Positions 38,496-47,920 of a DNA stretch of 64,000 bases are shown in pieces. The stretch spans positions 54,616-118,615 of the forward strand of contig DASVCW010000045.1 in NCBI GenBank assembly GCA_036381435.1, read 5' to 3'. Both the position numbers and the translations under genes were made by a program. Below the pieces are notes generated by a model. That model made no database searches and was not told the origin of the DNA. It saw only the letters and a program-made list of their open reading frames with translations. This DNA is from Balneolaceae bacterium. GTDB lineage: Bacteria; Bacteroidota; Rhodothermia; Balneolales; Balneolaceae. Numbering within the stretch: the stretch's first letter is position 1; the number at the start of each line of letters is the position of its first letter.

Positions 38496-39830
38496 ATGAT
38501 CACAAAAGAGATTAAGAATGTTAATGGGCATTCTAAAAAGATGGGGAACAAGGATTATGCTTATCAGATTATTTCGACTGAAGAGGAGTTTGAGGCGACA
38601 GAAGAAGAATGGACAGAATTAACTAATCATTCAGGATCAAAAATATTTCAAACATTCGACTGGCAGCGCATCTGGTGGAACTATTACGGGAAGGGGCTGG
38701 AACTAAATATAGTTCTGATACGAAAATATGAAAAGCTTATTGGCATTTTGCCAACTTTCATAGACTCTTATCAATCTTTTGGAAAGCCGGTTTATCGTTG
38801 CCTTCGTTTTATAGGATCGACTATAATGCAACCCAATGATACCAAAGTAGCCGGTTTTGTGGCCCAGGCCGGCTACTTAGATGTTATTGCCCGGTCCGGT
38901 TATGAAGATACTGTTATTAAATCGGTACAAGAATATTTGAATAATTATTGCAGTGAAATTCACCGAATTGCTTTTGATGAAGTTCCCGAGGACAGCCTGT
39001 TACACAGTGTGGTTGATAATTTAAAACAGAATCAGGCAAAATATTGGAATATATCGTTAAACAAGGCATCAGCTTGCCCTGCCATTCAGTTCCCCGAATC
39101 ATGGGATCAGTTTTTGAGCAACCTGAGCAGCAATGCAAGATATCAGATCAGGCGGGATGTAAAAAAAGTATATAACAGCAAAAAGAAGCTGTATGATTTA
39201 AAAATGATAGAGTCAGCTGAAGAAGTGATAACTGCTTATCAAACAATGGTTGATTATCATCAAAAGAGATGGAATAAAAGGGGGCTGCCGGGCAATTATG
39301 CAAACAAGAGCAGATATGATTTTAGAAAAGAGGTTTTAAAGCGGTTTTATGAGCTGGGATATTTACAGTTTCAGGTACTGACACCGAAAGATAAGCCTGA
39401 TGAATACCTGGCGCTGGACTTGCTTTTTAACTATAAGAATAAGATTTACTTAATTGAACGTGCTTTTAATGGGAGTGCCGACAAGAGTCATATGGGTTTT
39501 GGCAACATTCTTTTATACTCAGTGCTTAAGGAAGGAATGGATAACGGAGCAAAAGAATATGACTTTCTGCGTGGTACCGAAAGTTATAAGCTTCGCACAG
39601 CCAATCATATCGGCCAAAATTTACAGATCACTTTTGACCGGGCAAATAACTTTAAGTTCGGCAAAAAGTATTTGTTCGAATTAATACAGTTACGGATCGA
39701 GATAAAGCGGCGTTTTAACTGGGAAGTAGCAGCATTGCAGGCCCTGGCCCTGGAAAAAAATTATTTTAGGGCAGGAATTCAAATCGCTGTGACGCGATTT
39801 CTCCAAAAGTGGAAAAAAATTAATTCGTGA
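38496..39830 (+). CDS. GNAT (CelD/BcsL-like) protein 2
   Basis: 'FQTFDWQRIWW', 'SACPAI', 'HQKRW...GLPG', 'YDFLRGTESYK'. Confidence 0.85.
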   Translation: MITKEIKNVNGHSKKMGNKDYAYQIISTEEEFEATEEEWTELTNHSGSKIFQTFDWQRIWWNYYGKGLELNIVLIRKYEKLIGILPTFIDSYQSFGKPVYRCLRFIGSTIMQPNDTKVAGFVAQAGYLDVIARSGYEDTVIKSVQEYLNNYCSEIHRIAFDEVPEDSLLHSVVDNLKQNQAKYWNISLNKASACPAIQFPESWDQFLSNLSSNARYQIRRDVKKVYNSKKKLYDLKMIESAEEVITAYQTMVDYHQKRWNKRGLPGNYANKSRYDFRKEVLKRFYELGYLQFQVLTPKDKPDEYLALDLLFNYKNKIYLIERAFNGSADKSHMGFGNILLYSVLKEGMDNGAKEYDFLRGTESYKLRTANHIGQNLQITFDRANNFKFGKKYLFELIQLRIEIKRRFNWEVAALQALALEKNYFRAGIQIAVTRFLQKWKKINS

Positions 39831-39875
39831 AGAAGAAATTACGCATATATGAATAATGTAGAGTTACACGTCTGA

Positions 39876-40034
39876 GCCATCCCCCTGCGCCCCCTTCTAA
39901 GGGGGATGAATGCTCCGCTGATAGCATCAGCGGATTTCCTGTCCATAACGCCATTCAATTATAAAATTAGAATTAAATGGCTGAATTATTGAAAACAATT
40001 CAGCTTAATTCCCCTTTGAAGGGGGCGCAGGGGC
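39876..40034. repeat. family A modular palindromic element
   Basis: gccatccccctgcgcccccttctaaggggg, ccgctgatagcatcagcgg, ctgaattattgaaaacaattcag, cccctttgaaggggg. Confidence 0.8.
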
Positions 40035-40067
40035 TTTGGTATTCGTTTTACATCAGGGTTCGCTTCC

Positions 40068-40084
40068 TGTAAAAATATTGCACA
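40068..40084. promoter_or_regulatory. candidate activator-binding site (TGT-N11-ACA)
   Basis: TGTAAA-AATAT-TGCACA about 85-100 bp upstream of the 40167 promoter. Confidence 0.4.
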
Positions 40085-40166
40085 TAGCTGTTTATTTCTT
40101 CATATAAGATTTACCCATTATTCAAAATTTATTCAATCATCACCCTTGTCTTAACCTGAACTAGTC

Positions 40167-40184
40167 TTGGCATAGTTGTTGTGT
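40167..40184 (+). promoter_or_regulatory. sigma-54 promoter for the GT4-ATP-grasp x3-GNAT operon
   Basis: TTGGCATAGTTGTTGTGT, 46 bp before the ATG. Confidence 0.7.
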
Positions 40185-40229
40185 TCATTATAATAAAGAA
40201 GCCTTTAAAGAGAGACATCAAACATACAC

Positions 40230-41426
40230 ATGAAAATACTTCATCTCTTTCCATACCTCCCGTCGCCACCAACCTTTGGGGGAGCTTTACGGGTGTATCA
40301 TATTTTAAAGCACCTCAGTCAAAATCATGAAGTGACAGTGGGAGGATTCTGTGATTTTGGAGATATGGAATTATTCAAAGAAGATTTCCCGGGCGTGGAT
40401 GGTCACCTGTTTGTGCAACGGAGACGGGTAAATTACCGCCGGTTAATGCAGTTTTGTTCCCTTTTTACCCCTCACAGTTATTGGTATAACTGGGGGCAAT
40501 CACCAAAGCTGGAATCAAAGGTAAGAGCTCGTATCGCCGAAGAAGATTTCGATATCATTTTGGGTGAATTTGCATCTATGGGACATTTTGACCTTGAAAC
40601 GGATGCCATTCGAATTATGGATGCTCACAATATTGAATACGATAACTTTCGGAGAATGAGCACTCTCGAATGGTCCGGAATCAGAAAATGGTTTTACGAG
40701 CGGGAATCTGAGAAATGTTATTCCGAAGAGGTAAAGGCTTTTAAACGACATGATGCCATTTTTGCTACTTCAGAACGGGATAAAGCCATTATAGAAAAAA
40801 ATGCCCCTGGTATTCCCAAATTTGTGATTCCTAACGGGGTTGACACAAACTTTTTTTCAGCCAGTGAAACAGAGATTGAGCCGTTCTCGATGGTATTTAC
40901 CGGCGCCTTAAGTTATGTGCCGAACTATGACGGTATGATTTATTTTTTAGATGAAATTTTTCCCATCATTCAAAAAGTAGTTCCACAAGCAAAAGTTTAT
41001 ATCGTAGGCAGCAAGCCACCGGCCACATTGAAAAAATATGAGTCAAATTCGGTAACCGTTACCGGTTTTGTGGATGATGTTCGTCCCTATGTAGATCAGT
41101 CAAGCGTTTTTGTAGTTCCGCTAAGAATGGGCAGCGGCACACGCCTTAAAGTAGTTGAAGCGCTGTCGATGAAGAAACCGGTCGTTTCAACAAGTATAGG
41201 CTGCGAAGGCATAGATGTAAACGACAACGAGCATTTAATGGTGCGCGATGAACCCGCCGCTTTTGCTGAAGCGGTAATAAACCTTTTTAAAGATTCAAAA
41301 ACACGAAATAAACTGGTTGAAAATGGTTATCAACTGGTTAAACAAAAGTACGATTGGCAAGTAATAGGGCGATCGATAGACAACGCCTTTCAAGAGTTAA
41401 CATCAAACAAAAATATAATGGTATAA
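40230..41426 (+). CDS. GT4 glycosyltransferase
   Basis: 'PYLPSPPTFGGALRVY', 'VIPNGVD', 'FTGALSYVPN', 'GSGTRLKVVEALSMKKPVVST'. Confidence 0.92.
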   Translation: MKILHLFPYLPSPPTFGGALRVYHILKHLSQNHEVTVGGFCDFGDMELFKEDFPGVDGHLFVQRRRVNYRRLMQFCSLFTPHSYWYNWGQSPKLESKVRARIAEEDFDIILGEFASMGHFDLETDAIRIMDAHNIEYDNFRRMSTLEWSGIRKWFYERESEKCYSEEVKAFKRHDAIFATSERDKAIIEKNAPGIPKFVIPNGVDTNFFSASETEIEPFSMVFTGALSYVPNYDGMIYFLDEIFPIIQKVVPQAKVYIVGSKPPATLKKYESNSVTVTGFVDDVRPYVDQSSVFVVPLRMGSGTRLKVVEALSMKKPVVSTSIGCEGIDVNDNEHLMVRDEPAAFAEAVINLFKDSKTRNKLVENGYQLVKQKYDWQVIGRSIDNAFQELTSNKNIMV

Positions 41427-41430
41427 AATT

Positions 41431-42717
41431 ATGGCTATTTATTCGGGGGAATTTATAGATTTAGAGAATCCGGTTCTCGTAATCGGAGAAATGGGATTAG
41501 TGAGGAGCTTGGGAGAGATGGACCTGCCGCTTTTTTTGGGCACTGAAATCGAAAAAAATATTGCGGCGCATTCACGCTATGTAAAACAGCGCTTTTTCTT
41601 CTCGCCCTACGACAGTGAAGAATTTATTGATGAGCTGTGTGAACTGGGATATTATTTTAAGAAAAAACCGGTGATTTTGAGTGATGATGACCGGGCTATT
41701 TTAAATATTTCTGAAAACCGTAATAAATTGAAAGCTTATTATCTTTTCTTATATCCTGAGAGAAAAACGGTTAATAAGATACTGAATAAGCAGTACTTCA
41801 GTGAATTAGCCGAAAGGCACGAGCTTCCGGTTCCCGTATCTTATCAAACCACTTCTTCGCGCGATTTTAGGGAGGTGGCGTCTAAAATTAACTATCCATG
41901 TATTATCAAACCCACCCAGCGCCATTTTTGGTGGGGTGATGATTTTATTGAACAAATGGGACATTATCAAAAAGCCGTTAAATGTTCGGATCTTTATCAA
42001 TTTAAAGATACTTGTCAAAAAATATCGGAGGTTAATCCAAGTGTAGTAATTCAGGAATATGTTGAAGGAGATGACAAACAGCACTATAGCGCCAACTTAT
42101 TTGTGGATGAAAGAGGGAAGCTGCAAGGGTACTATATCGCCCGCAAAAAGCGGATTTATCCCATAAAAGCAGGTACCGGAAGCTATGTGGAAACGGTGGT
42201 TAATCCTGCAGTGCTTGAAATTTCAATGAAGATAGTAGAAAAGCTGGGGCTCAGGGGGCTTGTAAACATACAGTTTAAACAAGACAGTCGAACGGCAGAA
42301 TATAAGCTGTTAGAAATTCACGCCCGTAATAGCCTCTGGAGCCTTCTTGGAGCCAAGGCAGGAGCTAACTTGGCCTATCTTTATTATAACTATTTGGTAT
42401 ATGGGCTGCATCACGATAACGTCATTAAGGCCAGGCCAAACATTAAATATTTTAATCTGTCAAAAGATGTTCGGGCCTTACTGGCCTACCGGAATGAAGG
42501 GAAACTGACGGTGGCAGAATGGTGGCAGTCGCTACGGGGGGAGCGGATATTCGCAGCTTTTTCATGGAAAGATCCGCTGCCGGCACTGTTCAAAATTTGG
42601 GACATCGTTTTGAATAGTCTAAAACGAGCTGTTAAGAAAAAGCTGCCGCAACCCAAAAGGCTAAAGCATGAAAGCTTTTTAACACGGAACGCTAGTTTTT
42701 TAACCAGAATATTTTAG
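41431..42717 (+). CDS. ATP-grasp carboxylate-amine ligase 1 (D-aspartate-ligase-like)
   Basis: 'SDDD', 'LNKQYF', 'YPCIIKP', 'VVIQEYVEG', 'NIQFKQD', 'LLEIHAR'. Confidence 0.85.
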   Translation: MAIYSGEFIDLENPVLVIGEMGLVRSLGEMDLPLFLGTEIEKNIAAHSRYVKQRFFFSPYDSEEFIDELCELGYYFKKKPVILSDDDRAILNISENRNKLKAYYLFLYPERKTVNKILNKQYFSELAERHELPVPVSYQTTSSRDFREVASKINYPCIIKPTQRHFWWGDDFIEQMGHYQKAVKCSDLYQFKDTCQKISEVNPSVVIQEYVEGDDKQHYSANLFVDERGKLQGYYIARKKRIYPIKAGTGSYVETVVNPAVLEISMKIVEKLGLRGLVNIQFKQDSRTAEYKLLEIHARNSLWSLLGAKAGANLAYLYYNYLVYGLHHDNVIKARPNIKYFNLSKDVRALLAYRNEGKLTVAEWWQSLRGERIFAAFSWKDPLPALFKIWDIVLNSLKRAVKKKLPQPKRLKHESFLTRNASFLTRIF

Positions 42718-42721
42718 TGTT

Positions 42722-43936
42722 ATGGAACAAAATCATCATCCCGCATTAATATTGGGTGAAATCGGGTTAGTGCAAAGCTTGGGTGAGGCCGGCGTTCCTG
42801 TCTATATCGGAACCGAAATCAGGGATAACCCCTCACTTTTTTCCCGTTACAATCAAAAAACCGTTTGTTTTTCTGATTATACCTCTCCCGAATTTATTGA
42901 TGAGCTTTGCAAATTTGGTGAAACCTTAGAACAAAAAGCGGTTATTTTTAGTGATGATGATCATGCTATTTTAAACATCAGTCAGCATCAAGAGCGCATT
43001 AAAAACTATTTTTTATTCACTTTTCCACAAGCCGAAAAAGTTAAAAAATTGCTCGACAAGCAATTGTTTTGTGAAATTATCGAGCAATACAATTTACCGG
43101 CTCCAAAGTCTATAACACTTTCATCCGTTCAGGAAATGGCAGTAAAAGATGTTTCAGAGCTTAACTTCCCTTGCATCATCAAGCCTTCCTTCAAACAAGC
43201 CTGGTGGGGTACTGATTTTGATAAAAAAGTGGGTGATTATCAGAAAGCGATAAAGTGTGAGTCTTATGATGATGCGGTGCAAAAATATGAACAAATTGCA
43301 GAAGTGAATCCACACGTGGTTATTCAGGAATTTATTGAAGGCAAAGAAGATCAGCTTTACAGTGTAAACATGTATGTGGGTAATGAAGGAGATCTTAAAG
43401 GTTATTTCATCGCTCAAAAATTGCGCACCTATCCTGTTCAGGCCGGTGAAGGTTGTTATATCGTCACGGTCCGTGATGATGAAATGATAGCTATGGCCAT
43501 GACTATCGCTGATAAAATTGGTTTAAAGGGGCTTTTAAACATCCAGTTTAAGCGGGACCGGCGCAGTGGAAAGCCGGTTTTATTAGAAATACATGCCCGA
43601 AACAGCGTTTGGAGCTATTTGGGTACAGAGGCAGGCGTTAATCTTGCTGCGCTTTATTATGAGGATTTAACGGGGGGGAAACGATTTAAAATTCCTGATT
43701 ATAAAGCGGGAGTTACATTCATTTTTTTACAAAAAGACATCAAAGCATTCATCCAAAATTTTAGAATGAAGCAAATTTCAATCGGTAAGTGGATCGCCTC
43801 GTATTTCAGGAGATTTATAGTGGCGGGTTACCGGTGGAATGATCCATTGCCACTACTTATGACGTTGTATTTTTTCATCAGAAGGAGGCTATATGTACAC
43901 AATGTAAAGCTCTTCCCTAAAAGCACAATGCCATAA
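42722..43936 (+). CDS. ATP-grasp carboxylate-amine ligase 2
   Basis: 'FPCIIKP', 'VVIQEFIEG', 'NIQFKRD', 'LLEIHAR'. Confidence 0.85.
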   Translation: MEQNHHPALILGEIGLVQSLGEAGVPVYIGTEIRDNPSLFSRYNQKTVCFSDYTSPEFIDELCKFGETLEQKAVIFSDDDHAILNISQHQERIKNYFLFTFPQAEKVKKLLDKQLFCEIIEQYNLPAPKSITLSSVQEMAVKDVSELNFPCIIKPSFKQAWWGTDFDKKVGDYQKAIKCESYDDAVQKYEQIAEVNPHVVIQEFIEGKEDQLYSVNMYVGNEGDLKGYFIAQKLRTYPVQAGEGCYIVTVRDDEMIAMAMTIADKIGLKGLLNIQFKRDRRSGKPVLLEIHARNSVWSYLGTEAGVNLAALYYEDLTGGKRFKIPDYKAGVTFIFLQKDIKAFIQNFRMKQISIGKWIASYFRRFIVAGYRWNDPLPLLMTLYFFIRRRLYVHNVKLFPKSTMP

Positions 43937-43991
43937 GTCAACATTAAAGAGAAATTTAAAAGATAATCACAATTACAAATCAGCATATATA

Positions 43992-45158
43992 ATGATTAAT
44001 CAGAAGTCTCCTGTGTTAACCTTTAGCGCATTAGGTTTAATACATTGTCTGGGAACAGCAGGAATTCCTGTTTATACTGCATCAGAAGAAAAACCAAACG
44101 TAGCATCTTATTCAAGATACTCTAAAAAACACACTATTTTTTCACCATTCGCTTCAGAAGCATTCATAGATGAGTTATGTGATTTGGGAAATTCATTCGA
44201 TGGAAAGATTGCTTTAATGTGGACTCATGATGGAGCCGGGCTCAACATTTCTAATAATAGAGAACGGCTTAAAGAAAATTTTCTGTTTCGTCTACCCCAT
44301 CCTGAAATGGTAAAAAAAATATTAAACAAATTATTGTTTTGCCGACTTTGCGAAGAATATGATTTACCGGCACCTGAATCTGTTGAGGTATCTCAATTAG
44401 ATGAACTAAAGAAAGCAAAAAAACGATTAAAGGCACCATTCATTATTAAACCGGCTCATACTTATTATTGGTATCATAAAGATTTTTCAAAGATCATAGG
44501 TAACTATCAAAAAGCATTTATTTTCCAAAATTTTGATGAAGTTGAAGCCTTTTATAAGAAAATATCAAAAATTAATCCCAATGTGGTTTTACAGGAATAT
44601 GTAGTGGGTGATGATCATCAGTTGTTTGATGTTAATTTACACATCAATCAAAAAGGAGAAATAGATAGTTATGCAATAGCCCAAAAAATGCGCGTTTATC
44701 CCCCAAAAGCAGGGTGGGGCTGTTATGTAAAAACAATATTTGATGAGGAGTTACTTGAAATATGTAAAAGAATTATAGCAAAGCTGGAACTTAAAGGAAT
44801 GATGAATATTCAGTTCAAGAGGGATGAGCGAACCAATCAGCCGAAGCTAATCGAAATGCACCCCAGAACCAGTATTTTCGATTTTCTTGGAACCGCGGCA
44901 GGTCAAAATATCCCTTTAAAGTATTACTCTAGTTTAACAGGCATACAAATTGGTGAATCGAAGCAGTATCAAACTGACATTAAATACATCAATATTGCCA
45001 GAGATTTGCGGCTGTTAATTCGGCATCGAAAAGATTATGGGCTTTCACTGATGGAGTGGATGAAAAGTTACAGCGGTGTTTCTGTTTACGACGGAATGAT
45101 GTTAAAAGATCCGCGGGTGCTTTACCATGAGCTTCGATCTGCTTTTATAAATAGTTAA
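43992..45158 (+). CDS. ATP-grasp carboxylate-amine ligase 3
   Basis: 'APFIIKP', 'VVLQEYVVG', 'NIQFKRD', 'LIEMHPR'. Confidence 0.85.
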   Translation: MINQKSPVLTFSALGLIHCLGTAGIPVYTASEEKPNVASYSRYSKKHTIFSPFASEAFIDELCDLGNSFDGKIALMWTHDGAGLNISNNRERLKENFLFRLPHPEMVKKILNKLLFCRLCEEYDLPAPESVEVSQLDELKKAKKRLKAPFIIKPAHTYYWYHKDFSKIIGNYQKAFIFQNFDEVEAFYKKISKINPNVVLQEYVVGDDHQLFDVNLHINQKGEIDSYAIAQKMRVYPPKAGWGCYVKTIFDEELLEICKRIIAKLELKGMMNIQFKRDERTNQPKLIEMHPRTSIFDFLGTAAGQNIPLKYYSSLTGIQIGESKQYQTDIKYINIARDLRLLIRHRKDYGLSLMEWMKSYSGVSVYDGMMLKDPRVLYHELRSAFINS

Positions 45159-45271
45159 CTTACTGTTAATACTTTAGTTATATTATTTTTTAAAGCGGGT
45201 ATATACGTTCAAAAATACAACATCAAGATGAGTTTTAGTTCAGGAATTCAGAAAAATAGGAAAGTCTGACA

Positions 45272-46627
45272 ATGAGTATTGAGGAACATCAAATAAAGAA
45301 AACAGAATTAATTGATTTAAAAGAGAATGGAGGGAGTGAAAATTCTTCAGATGGAACATTAAATGTTTTAGTGATTTCAGGCACTGAAATGTTTGACGGT
45401 ATTTCAGAGGAATGGCGGAACGTAGCTGAAATTTCAAGTACTTACATTTTTCAAACTTATGAATGGAACCGGATCTGGTGGAAACATTTCGGGGACGGCC
45501 AGCAGTTGAATATTCTGCTTTTTTATCAGGATGATTTACTGCTTGGCATCGCGCCATTATTTCTTGACAAGGTTACCTTTATGGGACTCAAAATGTACTC
45601 TTGTCTTCGTTTTATTGGTTCTACCGTAAGTCAGCCTGAAGGAGAGGATTTAAAGGGACTTTTACCTTATTCCGATTATCTCGACCTGATCATTCGTCCC
45701 GGTTACGAGAGGCAAGTTAACCGGAAATTTATGGAATATCTGGCAAATAATGAGCTGGATTTTAATGAAGTAGTTTTAGATGAAATACCTGAAAACAGCT
45801 CATTGAGGAACTATTTAATGCCGGATTTAGAAGAGCAGGACAAGGATTACCTGGTGCAGCAAAGTTCCGCTTGTCCCGTCATAGAATTAGGTCGTTCCTG
45901 GGATGAGCACTTGGCTGACATGAGCAAAAGCTCGCGATATAAAACACGGCGTTTTATAAAACAGGCAGAAAAACCGGGTTATAAGATTTTTGAAATAAAA
46001 GAAGCCCCCGATAAAGCCGGAATAGAAAAAGCTTATGAAAAACTGGTGAAATTACATCAAAAACGATGGAAGGATTTGGGCTATCCCGGAATCTTCGATG
46101 AGAAGCGAATGTACAATTTTCTGAAAGAGATAACACTGGAGTTTTTTGATCACGGATGGGCACAATGTAAATTAGCTCATTCGATCGAAGAAAATGGCAA
46201 GTGCATAGCCGTTGATCTGCTCTTCAAATATAAACGGCGCGAGTACCTGGTGCAGCGCGCCTTAGATTCCGATTCACCATCTGCCGAACACGGCCCGGGG
46301 AATGTATTGCTTTATGTGATGTTAAGAGATGCGGCAGAAAAGGGTATTGAGGAGTTTGACCTTTTGAGGGGCACTGAATCTTATAAGTTTCGATCTGCTA
46401 ATAGCTTATTAAAGAATGATACCGTCACCTTTAAAAACCCCGGCAAAAAGCTTGCTTTGAACTTTGGGTTCACCAAAAAATTTATCAAGTCCAGAAGAAG
46501 GTTCAGGATTGAACATGAACAGTTTAAAATTTTTCTAAACGGAGAGAAAAACCTGTTCAATAATATTCATGATTACGGTAATTTTTTATATAACCGTCTG
46601 TCACTGAAATTCAATTCGAAAGGATGA
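45272..46627 (+). CDS. GNAT (CelD/BcsL-like) protein 3
   Basis: 'FQTYEWNRIWW', 'SACPVI', 'HQKRW...GYPGIF', 'FDLLRGTESYK'. Confidence 0.85.
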   Translation: MSIEEHQIKKTELIDLKENGGSENSSDGTLNVLVISGTEMFDGISEEWRNVAEISSTYIFQTYEWNRIWWKHFGDGQQLNILLFYQDDLLLGIAPLFLDKVTFMGLKMYSCLRFIGSTVSQPEGEDLKGLLPYSDYLDLIIRPGYERQVNRKFMEYLANNELDFNEVVLDEIPENSSLRNYLMPDLEEQDKDYLVQQSSACPVIELGRSWDEHLADMSKSSRYKTRRFIKQAEKPGYKIFEIKEAPDKAGIEKAYEKLVKLHQKRWKDLGYPGIFDEKRMYNFLKEITLEFFDHGWAQCKLAHSIEENGKCIAVDLLFKYKRREYLVQRALDSDSPSAEHGPGNVLLYVMLRDAAEKGIEEFDLLRGTESYKFRSANSLLKNDTVTFKNPGKKLALNFGFTKKFIKSRRRFRIEHEQFKIFLNGEKNLFNNIHDYGNFLYNRLSLKFNSKG

Positions 46628-46633
46628 GGAGGG

Positions 46634-46672
46634 GCAGTGAACAGTGATCAGTTAACAGTAATCAGTGGACAG
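46634..46672. repeat. imperfect heptamer tandem repeat (nCAGTnA)
   Basis: gcagtga-acagtga-tcagtta-acagtaa-tcagtgg-acag. Confidence 0.65.
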
Positions 46673-46752
46673 AATTTAGCTCTCCGAAGGAGAGCCTGCT
46701 AACTGCTAAGCTAAAGAAATATCTCGCGCTGGTGATTTATCACGGTCAATGT

Positions 46753-46945
46753 CTAATTCAACGGAAGCGAGAGGGAACGTTGGAAAAACTCAATCAAACT
46801 TATTTTTGGTGAGTCTTCAACAGAAAGAACAACCACACTGTCTTTACCATGCTTAGTAACCGTTTGCGGACCTTCTTCCGTTGCTTTTCGAACTACTTCG
46901 TTAAATTTATTTTTGGCCTTGAAGCTGTCATTTTGCAAGTTTCAT
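46753..46945 (-). pseudogene. Phd/YefM antitoxin remnant
   Basis: ATG AAA CTT GCA AAA TGA CAG CTT CAA G GCC AAA AAT AAA TTT...: MKLAK*QLQ, frameshift, then AKNKFNEVVRKATEEGPQTVTKHGKDSVVVLSVED; no toxin gene beside it. Confidence 0.75.
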
Positions 46946-47064
46946 AATCACCTGTTTTTTCTGTCCGGTCTATCTATAAATTACATACTGTTTAACAAGA
47001 GTTGGAAGATTGTAGCGAAGAATGGAAAGAAAATTTGCGAAAACTAACTGACAAGCTGACTTTT

Positions 47065-47106
47065 TCCAGCATCCAGCATCCAGCATCCAGCATCCAGCAT
47101 CCAGCA
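47065..47106. repeat. perfect heptamer tandem repeat (TCCAGCA)x6
   Basis: Six exact copies directly after the WecB/TagA stop codon. Confidence 0.95.
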
Positions 47107-47107
47107 T

Positions 47108-47881
47108 CTAATACTTATTACTGACTTTAAGAATCAGCACATTTAAGGCAAAGAGCGGCAGTTTGAGCATCCGGCGCCAGCGCTGGGGTTGGTTACACAA
47201 GCGGTAAAACCATTCTAATCCACTTTTTTGCAGCCATTTTGGTGCCCTTTTAACATTACCTGCAATAAAATCAAAGGTGCCGCCAATACCGATAATCAAC
47301 TTGCAGTTTGGCAGCTTTGGCAGGTTTTCATTAATCCATTTTTCCTGAGCCGGTGCTCCGAGGGCCACGAAAACGACAGAAGCATTTTGTAGTTGTTCCC
47401 GTTTGTCGTCAGGCAACTCCTCAAGCGGGATATCCGGTTTTTCAGGTGAATATGTGCCCGAAATGTTAAAGCTTTCAATTCTACTTTGGAGAATAGTGGC
47501 AGCTTTTTCTGCTACTGTTGGCATAGCACCATAAAGAAATGCTGATTCATGATGCTTGCCGCAAAGAGCACATATATTTTCTAAAGAATCTGATCCCGTT
47601 ATTCGATCTACGTGTTTATTGTACAAAAATTCTATAGCCCAGCTAATGCCAACTCCGTCTGCGGTATTTATACTTGATGATGTAAGAATATGTTTGAATT
47701 CATTATCAATAATAGACTGAATGACAATTTCGGGATTTACGGTAATGACAAACACAGGGGGAGTGACGGGGTCATTATCCTTCAATCGGGATTCTATAAG
47801 TTCATAAAATTCATCTCTTGAATATGGAGAAATATCTACTCCAAGAACCGAATAAGGTTCTTTTTTGTCTAATACCAGCAT
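47108..47881 (-). CDS. WecB/TagA/CpsF (GT26) glycosyltransferase
   Basis: 'VITVNPEI', 'ADGVGI', 'RITGSD', 'ALGAPAQEKW', 'GIGGTFD', 'RAPKW.QK.GLEWFYRL..QP.RWRR'. Confidence 0.93.
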   Translation of the reverse strand: MLVLDKKEPYSVLGVDISPYSRDEFYELIESRLKDNDPVTPPVFVITVNPEIVIQSIIDNEFKHILTSSSINTADGVGISWAIEFLYNKHVDRITGSDSLENICALCGKHHESAFLYGAMPTVAEKAATILQSRIESFNISGTYSPEKPDIPLEELPDDKREQLQNASVVFVALGAPAQEKWINENLPKLPNCKLIIGIGGTFDFIAGNVKRAPKWLQKSGLEWFYRLCNQPQRWRRMLKLPLFALNVLILKVSNKY

Positions 47882-47920
47882 GAATAGTGCTTAATTCGTT
47901 GTTTTTACTTTCCATTAAAA

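Noticed and set aside
46928-46945. TGA recoded as Trp (alternative genetic code) or programmed readthrough in the Phd gene
   Set aside because: Many intact genes here end in TGA, and the same remnant also has a frameshift, so decay is the simpler explanation.
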